From the NCBI GenBank assembly GCA_963723135.1, contig CAVRPN010000007.1, positions 1,229,373 through 1,293,372 on the forward strand: DNA of 64,000 bases. The letters run 5' to 3'. The DNA is from an uncultured Acidobacteriaceae bacterium. GTDB taxonomy: Bacteria > Acidobacteriota > Terriglobia > Terriglobales > Acidobacteriaceae. The notes below the pieces were generated by a model. It ran no database searches, was not told where the DNA came from, and saw nothing but the letters and a program-made list of their open reading frames with translations. A program made the position numbers and the translations under genes. Positions within the stretch are counted from its first letter, which is position 1. Each line of letters begins with the position of its first letter. Positions 58,045 to 64,000 of this stretch are shown here, one piece after another.

Positions 58045-58233
58045 GGCAGGTGGCGCTCCCCTGGTGGCTTCGATTGAGCAGAGATGCCGTTGCTGTGAAT
58101 CCTGAAGGCCGAGACACAATCCACGGCAGCTGCAGCTCGTATGATAGCCGACGCGGCGGCGGCTTGTGCCTTTTCACGCGCACCCGGTGGCGCTATTCGA
58201 TGACCATCCCGGTCATTTGGCGGAAGCGAATAA

Positions 58234-60003
58234 TCACGTCTGCCGGGTTTGGGCGCCGTACTTCTGGAAAACGGAATCGCGGGAGACGACACCTTCGAGT
58301 TGATGAGAGTCTGCCCGGTTAACCACGGGGACCAGGGGAAACTGGTTGACGTAACGAAGGGCGGTGTCGAGAGGTAGATCAGGGTAGAGGCTGGGCAGAC
58401 TCTGGGTGGGGAGAAGCGAGCCCAGCGTGTGTTCGCCCTTACCCTCCTGGAAAAGGCGCAGGAGTTGATCGCGCTGGATGGCACTCCAGCCCGTGGGATG
58501 AAGGCGCACAAGAAAGGCGGCTTCGGTGGAGTCCTGCACACGGCGGGCGTTGGCGTCGACGTAGTCCTGAGCGTTGAGGATGGTCTTGGGGACAGGGAGC
58601 ATGGCATCTTCGACGCGCAGTATGGTCTCTTCCCGGTCTTCTTCCAGGGAAGGCAGAATGAGGCCGTCCTGGCGGGTGAGCATGTCGAAGATGGGGATGG
58701 GCTGCAGGCTGCGCGAAACCACATACGCAAACGTGTTCGCCACGATGACGGGGACCACAATCTCGTAGTTGCCGCTGACCTCGAGAACCATGAAGACAGA
58801 GGTCATGGGAACGCGCAGAAATCCGGCAAAGAGGACGCCCATGCCGACCAGAACGTAGGTCCCGGTGGATCCGGGCAGATGGGGAAAAAAGATGCGCTCG
58901 ACGCCACCCACGGCGCCGCCGAGCATGGCGCCGACAAAGAGTGTGGGCGCGAACATGCCGCCGGGTGTTCCGCTGACGAACGAGACGGTGGTGGCGAGAA
59001 TCTTCAGGATGGCGAGGACGGCGAGCAACTTCCAGGCGTACTGCCCGTGCATGGCCTGGTCCATGGAGTCGTAGCCCGCGCCGAGGACTTCGGGCGCGCC
59101 GAAAAAGGCGATGACGCCGACCAGAAGACCGGCGAGGGCAGGCTGGAAGTATTGCGTCCAACGCGGCATGGCTTTGAGACGAGGGCGCAGATAACCGATA
59201 GCCTTGGCAAAAATGACCGCGGCCAGGCCGCCCGCGATGCCAAGAACGGCGTAGGCGATGAGTTCGGAGGGCCGCTTGAAAGTGGTGACGGGAATGCGAA
59301 ACAGCGGTTCGCTGCCGAGAAACCAGCGAATGATGACGACACTCGATACGGCCGAGAGGACGACGGAGCCGAGGATGCCGGCGCTCCAGCGTCCGATGAC
59401 CTCTTCAATGACGAACAGCACCGCGGAGATGGGAGCGTTGAAGGCAGCGGCCAAACCCGCGGCCGCGCCCACCGGTCCCATGAGCCGAAGCTTTTCGCGG
59501 GAAATTTGCAGTTGGCGGCCGAGAGCAGAGGCGATGCTGGCTCCGATCTGCAGAGATGGATCCTCGGGGCCGAGAGACTGTCCGGAACCGATAGCGAGGG
59601 CGGAGCAGAGGAACTTGCCGACGGCGGTACGAAAGGGGATGTAGCCGTTGAAGATGTAGAGCGCAGCCTTGGTCTGGTTGACGCCGCTGCCCCGGACGCC
59701 GGGGAAAAGCTGCATCACCAGCACCGCAACGACGAGACCAACCAGCGAAGGCACGGCAAGCATGCGCCAGCTATGAGTCTGCGGCAGCGGACCGAGCAGC
59801 GCGAGATGAGTCCAGTCAATGGCGAGACGGAAACAGACGACCGCGAGTCCAGAGAAGATTCCAATAAATACGGAGAGGATGAGGAAAAATACGTCCTCGT
59901 GAAAGACGCCTTCCAGCGTGGCGAAAAGGCGGTGGGGAATCGGGCGCGCTGCCGCCGGCGAAGCCGGCGCAGAAGCGTTGGGTAACTGGATCCGATCACT
60001 CAT
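58234..60003 (-). CDS. ClC-family chloride channel/transporter with C-terminal CBS domains
   Basis: ATG 60003 overlaps the upstream stop (ATGA). The ClC selectivity motifs are GVRGSG, GQSLGPEDP and GTPGGMFAP. The C-terminal ~140 aa are CBS-like. Confidence 0.85.
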   Translation of the reverse strand: MSDRIQLPNASAPASPAAARPIPHRLFATLEGVFHEDVFFLILSVFIGIFSGLAVVCFRLAIDWTHLALLGPLPQTHSWRMLAVPSLVGLVVAVLVMQLFPGVRGSGVNQTKAALYIFNGYIPFRTAVGKFLCSALAIGSGQSLGPEDPSLQIGASIASALGRQLQISREKLRLMGPVGAAAGLAAAFNAPISAVLFVIEEVIGRWSAGILGSVVLSAVSSVVIIRWFLGSEPLFRIPVTTFKRPSELIAYAVLGIAGGLAAVIFAKAIGYLRPRLKAMPRWTQYFQPALAGLLVGVIAFFGAPEVLGAGYDSMDQAMHGQYAWKLLAVLAILKILATTVSFVSGTPGGMFAPTLFVGAMLGGAVGGVERIFFPHLPGSTGTYVLVGMGVLFAGFLRVPMTSVFMVLEVSGNYEIVVPVIVANTFAYVVSRSLQPIPIFDMLTRQDGLILPSLEEDREETILRVEDAMLPVPKTILNAQDYVDANARRVQDSTEAAFLVRLHPTGWSAIQRDQLLRLFQEGKGEHTLGSLLPTQSLPSLYPDLPLDTALRYVNQFPLVPVVNRADSHQLEGVVSRDSVFQKYGAQTRQT

Positions 60004-61208
60004 TGCGTGGCGGCCTCGCGTTTTTGAGAGATGAGGAGCAGGGCGAGATCGAAACCCTGGGGCGAGCCACACTGGCTGGAGGTTTGCTGCTCAATGCGGA
60101 ACACGAGGTCCATGATGGAATCAGGAAGGTCGGTTTCCGCCGCCGAGCGCAGGTACGCGAGCTTGGGTCTCGTGGCGGACCAACTGGACTGGAGGGACGG
60201 TAGCGGAGATCTTGCCGGCTGGGCCGTGTTGCCGGCTGCGGGGGCGGACGCAGAGGCCTCAAGGCTGACGCCCTGTTGCCTGGCGCATTCCGCTAAACGC
60301 CGTTCGGCTTGAGTGAAGGCGGCAACGATGCGGCGGTTGCGTTCGGCATCGGAAATGTGGGTGCGAAATGGGTTGACGCGGAGCACAAGTTCGGCGACCG
60401 CGAGGAGCTGGCGTGAGCGAAGATCCTGCGGATTGGCGCTGACCGCGCGCTGCAAGTAAGGCTGGGCAGCGATGTAGTTGCCGAGGTTGTAAGCGGCTTG
60501 GCCCGCTCCGGCGAGGGCGATGGAATTGGAGGGATCAAGGTGCAGAACTTCCTCGTACTGAGCACGCGCGCCGGAGTAGTCCTGAGCTTGCTCGAACAGT
60601 TGAGCGGCTTCCACATGGAGGGCGGGATCCGAGGGCAAGCTGCTGGCCAGAGCGATGAGCTCCGACTCCGCCCTGGCCACGGCGTTTTCCTGCAGCAGAA
60701 ACTGGATGAGTTCGATACGGGCCTTGCGGCGGTTGGCGTCGGCATCGGAGTTCCAGACGCCATACATGGCGTTGTGGTAGTAACGGGTGGCCTCCGCGAC
60801 GGAGCCGCGGTGGGCGGCGACGCGGGCCAGGGCCAGATTGACCGCTGCGTCCTGGGGAGTGCGTTGCCAGAGGGCGAGGAGGTAGGATTCGGCCTCGTCG
60901 AGGCGAAGGGGATCGCCGCTGTCGCGCAGAGCACGGGCGAGGCTGAGCTGGTACTGGGAATTCGAGGGATCGCAGGTGAGGGCGGCGCGAAAGGCCGCAA
61001 TGGCGTCGTCGAAACGGCGGGCGTTGACGTCCTCGAGACCCAAGGCGTAGAGTTTGCGGCCGCGCGACTGCTGATTGGCGTTGAAACGGGCAACGAGATG
61101 ACTCACCGCGGCAAAGCCTGCCGCTGCCATCAGCGTCAGAACCAGCAGCACCAGGGGTGCGGAGCGCGGGACCAGATCGGAAAGGCGCGCGGAGAAATCT
61201 CGTCTCAC
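60000..61208 (-). CDS. TPR-repeat protein with an N-terminal TM anchor
   Basis: TM segment APLVLLVLTLMAAAGFAAV followed by about 8 TPR-like repeats. The start is uncertain. The track ATG 61406 would abut the divergent esterase gene, so the in-frame GTG 61208 is chosen. Confidence 0.55.
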   Translation of the reverse strand: MRRDFSARLSDLVPRSAPLVLLVLTLMAAAGFAAVSHLVARFNANQQSRGRKLYALGLEDVNARRFDDAIAAFRAALTCDPSNSQYQLSLARALRDSGDPLRLDEAESYLLALWQRTPQDAAVNLALARVAAHRGSVAEATRYYHNAMYGVWNSDADANRRKARIELIQFLLQENAVARAESELIALASSLPSDPALHVEAAQLFEQAQDYSGARAQYEEVLHLDPSNSIALAGAGQAAYNLGNYIAAQPYLQRAVSANPQDLRSRQLLAVAELVLRVNPFRTHISDAERNRRIVAAFTQAERRLAECARQQGVSLEASASAPAAGNTAQPARSPLPSLQSSWSATRPKLAYLRSAAETDLPDSIMDLVFRIEQQTSSQCGSPQGFDLALLLISQKREAATQ

Positions 61209-61407
61209 GATACTATCCGTCTCACGATAGTATCGTAAGGCATCGGAAGGGATTTCGTCTCGGCCTCGGAATAAAGCACGGCAACAGTCCCCCCTCACGC
61301 TTACGGCCGACCTCGAGCAGGCGGGCAGTAGGCCCCCGGGGCTGACATCGGGTAAGATACTTCGGCTGCAAGGGTCCGCCTTGGCCGGCAGCTTCTCCAC
61401 CTTCACG

Positions 61408-62118
61408 ATGAATCGCGAATATCACAAAGGATACAGCCAGGAATTGCACCGCGAGATGGAAGCGCTGGTGTTTGGGCACGCGGGAACACCGCTGCTGGTG
61501 TTTCCCACGTCGATGGGGAAATTCTTCGAGTATGAAGACCGCGGGATGATCGGCGTCCTGGCGCCCAAGATTGAGCGCGGCGATTTGCAGGTGTTCTGTC
61601 CCGACGCGGTGGATACCGAGAGCTGGTACAACAAGGGCGTTCATCCGAGGGTGCGTGTGCTCCGACATTTGCAGTATGAGCGCTACATCCTGCATGAATT
61701 TCTGCCCTTTGTGCGCTGGAAAAATCAGGCGCCGCAACTGGCCGTAACCGGCGCCAGTTTTGGCGGATACCACGCGGTGAATTTTTCGCTGAAGCATCCG
61801 GATGTGGTGACGCATTGCGTGAGCATGAGCGGAGCTTACGATATCCACCAGTTTCTGGATGGGTATTACGATGACGATTGCTATTTCAACTGCCCACCGG
61901 ATTATCTGCCCAACATGAACGATGACTGGTTTCTGAGCCGCTACCGGCAGATGAAGATCGTGCTGGGATCGGCGGATTGGGACATGTGCCTGGATCAGAA
62001 TGTGAAGCTGTCGGCCATGCTGAACGCCAAGGCGGTGGCCAACTGGCTGGACGTCTACAACGACAATTCCAAGCATGACTGGCCGCTGTGGCAGAGAATG
62101 GCGGGGAAGTATTTTTAG
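61408..62118 (+). CDS. Esterase-family alpha/beta hydrolase
   Basis: ATG 61408 gives MNREYHKGYSQELHREMEALVFGHAGTPLLVFPTS. The nucleophile elbow is in VTGASFGGYHA. Confidence 0.7.
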   Translation: MNREYHKGYSQELHREMEALVFGHAGTPLLVFPTSMGKFFEYEDRGMIGVLAPKIERGDLQVFCPDAVDTESWYNKGVHPRVRVLRHLQYERYILHEFLPFVRWKNQAPQLAVTGASFGGYHAVNFSLKHPDVVTHCVSMSGAYDIHQFLDGYYDDDCYFNCPPDYLPNMNDDWFLSRYRQMKIVLGSADWDMCLDQNVKLSAMLNAKAVANWLDVYNDNSKHDWPLWQRMAGKYF

Positions 62119-62267
62119 GCTTCTGGCTTCACCTGGGGGAGCACGACCCTCCCGGACGAGGTCAAAGAGTGCATGGGGTCCTGACTACGTAAGCGCTTCG
62201 CTTCGCGAAGCACTTACTCAGCTCAGGATGACAGGTCGTTAAGAATTCAAAGCAGGGAGAATCAGTC

Positions 62268-63257
62268 GTGAAGAAGATCGGGATTATTTTCGGGATGGAG
62301 AATACGTTTCCGCCGGCGCTGGTGGAGAAGATCAACGCCATGAAAGTGGACGGCGTTGAGGCGGAGTTCGTGAAGATCGGCGGCATCCGGATGGATGAAG
62401 CGAAGAAGTATGACGTGATCATCGACCGCATCTCGCAGGATATTCCCTTCTACCGAGCTTACCTCAAGAATACCGCGCTGCACGGGACGATTGTGGTGAA
62501 CAATCCCTTCTGGTGGACGGCGGACGACAAATTTTTCAACTACGCGCTGGCCCACAAGCTGGGCGTGGCCATTCCACCGACGGTGATCCTGCCGCACAAC
62601 AAGCATCCCGAAGGGACGACGGATCAATCGATGCGGAATCTGATGTTTCCGCTGAACTGGGAGGAGCTGTTTGACTATGTCGGCTTTCCTGCTTTCCTGA
62701 AGCCTTATTCTGGCGGCGGGTGGAAGCATGTGTACCACGTGCATTCGCCGGAAGAGTTCTTCCACCACTACAACCAGACCGGCGATCTGTGCATGACGCT
62801 GCAGCACGGCGTGGAGTTTGAAGAATATTACCGCTGCTATGTGGTGGGGCAGGAAAAAGTGCACATCATGAAGTACGACCCCAAGGCACCGCATCACGAG
62901 CGGTATGTGAAGGGGAATCCGCCGCCCTCGTCGGAGGCTTTAAGGGTCAGAATTGAAAAAGACGCGCTGACCTTGTGCCGCGCATTGGGCTACGACCTGA
63001 ACACCGTGGAGTTTGCCGTGGAAAAAGGCGTGCCCTATGCGATTGACTTTCTAAACCCGGCGCCGGATGCGGAGATTACGTCGGTGGGGCAGGCGAACTT
63101 TGACTGGATCGTGAATGCCGTGGCGGAAATGGCGGTGAAGATGGCGCTCAGCGGGAAGAATCCCGCGAAAGAGCTGCGGTGGGCCGGGTTCCTGGCGGGG
63201 AGTGAAGCGGCCCAGGAATCCAAACCCGCGCGAAAGACCAGGAAGGCGGCAAAGTAA
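62268..63257 (+). CDS. ATP-grasp domain protein (RimK/glutathione-synthetase-like ligase)
   Basis: GTG start with GGGAGA upstream. 329 aa. The central FPAFLKPYSGGGWKHVYHV and the C-terminal VEFAVEKGVPYAIDFLNPAPD fit an ATP-grasp fold. Confidence 0.7.
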   Translation: MKKIGIIFGMENTFPPALVEKINAMKVDGVEAEFVKIGGIRMDEAKKYDVIIDRISQDIPFYRAYLKNTALHGTIVVNNPFWWTADDKFFNYALAHKLGVAIPPTVILPHNKHPEGTTDQSMRNLMFPLNWEELFDYVGFPAFLKPYSGGGWKHVYHVHSPEEFFHHYNQTGDLCMTLQHGVEFEEYYRCYVVGQEKVHIMKYDPKAPHHERYVKGNPPPSSEALRVRIEKDALTLCRALGYDLNTVEFAVEKGVPYAIDFLNPAPDAEITSVGQANFDWIVNAVAEMAVKMALSGKNPAKELRWAGFLAGSEAAQESKPARKTRKAAK

Positions 63258-63275
63258 ACCACGCGGTGTAGCTGC

Positions 63276-63701
63276 TCAGAACATGAGCTTGTAGAGGGTA
63301 CCTTGCTTGTCAGCGCAAGCGCCCGAACCATGAGTCAGTGCAGTCGTGACGTATTCGCAGTCGACCACGGACCCTTTGTCGCCGGTCACAACCGCGGTGC
63401 CGTATTGATTTGATTTGCCAAGAGAAACACCGCTTGTGTAGGCGCTTCCTTCGGTGCCGTACACTTTCGCGTAGATGCTTCCCCAACTCACAGGCACGCG
63501 GGCAAAGGTTATGTACTCACCGCTCACTTTTTCCCCGGACGACGCCACAACCCCGCTAATCTTGCCCCTACCGCTTCCGCCATATGAGATGGTGACAGGA
63601 GTCACCTCTCCTGTCGTCAGGTTGTAGATCCGACCATGAAGGGTACAGGCCACTCCAACCAGAGAAATGAGCAGGGCCAGCGAGAGTAACAGTTTTCTCA
63701 T
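63276..63701 (-). CDS. Hypothetical lipoprotein
   Basis: ATG 63701 gives MRKLLLSLALLISLVGVACTL (lipobox-like LVGVAC). 141 aa, lower GC. Confidence 0.45.
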   Translation of the reverse strand: MRKLLLSLALLISLVGVACTLHGRIYNLTTGEVTPVTISYGGSGRGKISGVVASSGEKVSGEYITFARVPVSWGSIYAKVYGTEGSAYTSGVSLGKSNQYGTAVVTGDKGSVVDCEYVTTALTHGSGACADKQGTLYKLMF

Positions 63702-63720
63702 GACTATTTTCGGACAGTTG

Positions 63721-64000
63721 TCAAAAGTCGACATCGAGATCGCCTAACTGCTCCAAGGTGTCGCCGATGTGCTTAGAGAACTCCGTCGCCAGCTGTCTTG
63801 CGAAAGCCCCGTCTTCCGTTTGGACATCGTACGTGAACAGATTCCTCTTAAATTCGCCGCTTAGCGGAACGAAATGATCCACCACGGAATTAGCATGTAC
63901 TACCCTAAGAATTGGCTGGGATTCCGCTTGAGGAGACTCCGCACTGTCGCCCGCTCCTCCGGGCTGTGGGGGCCAGTCAACTATTTTCGGATGGGCTCGG
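63721..64000 (-). CDS. Hypothetical protein, C-terminal 92 aa only (the 5' end lies beyond the right window edge)
   Basis: An open reverse-strand frame from the window edge to TGA at 63721-63723 reads ...VVHANSVVDHFVPLSGEFKRNLFTYDVQTEDGAFARQLATEFSKHIGDTLEQLGDLDVDF*. It is not in the track because it lacks a start inside the window. Confidence 0.3.
   Translation of the reverse strand, partial: RAHPKIVDWPPQPGGAGDSAESPQAESQPILRVVHANSVVDHFVPLSGEFKRNLFTYDVQTEDGAFARQLATEFSKHIGDTLEQLGDLDVDF

Overview
High-GC (roughly 60-65% by eye) bacterial chromosomal segment. The gene content suggests Acidobacteriota (Terriglobia-like), but that taxon call is inference: tricorn-like protease, a GxxExxY nuclease embedded in REP-like repeats, a TIGR03118-like propeller, a Tes-type radical SAM, and GT87/GT-C membrane glycosyltransferases. 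I support about 50 protein genes and found no rRNA, tRNA, CRISPR array, transposase or integrase. Layout: (i) 0.5-13.2 kb holds solute uptake and extracytoplasmic proteolysis genes (Na+/solute symporter, APC permease, TonB, M48 peptidase, tricorn-like S41 protease, CocE/NonD peptidase). (ii) 13.7-28.2 kb is housekeeping (dinB, glgA, rsmA, Memo-like, ruvC, SulP, PFK), interrupted by a low-GC islet at 15.0-18.2 kb. (iii) 28.2-32.6 kb carries three consecutive GT-C-type membrane glycosyltransferases. (iv) 33.5-45.3 kb is a co-directional minus-strand block. It encodes a split Trx/VKOR pair, a lipid kinase, two acyl-AMP/CoA ligases, an ACP, a crotonase, a pyruvyl-transferase-like enzyme, and two NAD_binding_4-type reductases (one fused to a degenerate HAD domain). 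(v) A Ser/Thr kinase and a 742-aa Tes/GDGT-MAS-type radical SAM enzyme lie at 48.7-54.0 kb. (vi) 54.1-58.2 kb is a lower-GC accessory patch with a HigBA-like toxin-antitoxin pair and small secreted or membrane proteins. (vii) The right end has a ClC channel, a TPR protein, an esterase/ATP-grasp pair and small lipoproteins. The best candidate for an undescribed system is the ketosynthase-free acyl-activation/ACP/reductase/pyruvyl-transferase/lipid-kinase cluster, which sits about 6.5 kb from the Tes homologue and may make fatty alcohols or ether/membrane-spanning lipids. Other oddities include an identical (CAGTTCT)n microsatellite placed about 21 nt upstream of two unrelated minus-strand start codons, and several REP-like repeat families. 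All family calls come from reading the translations by eye; no database search was possible.
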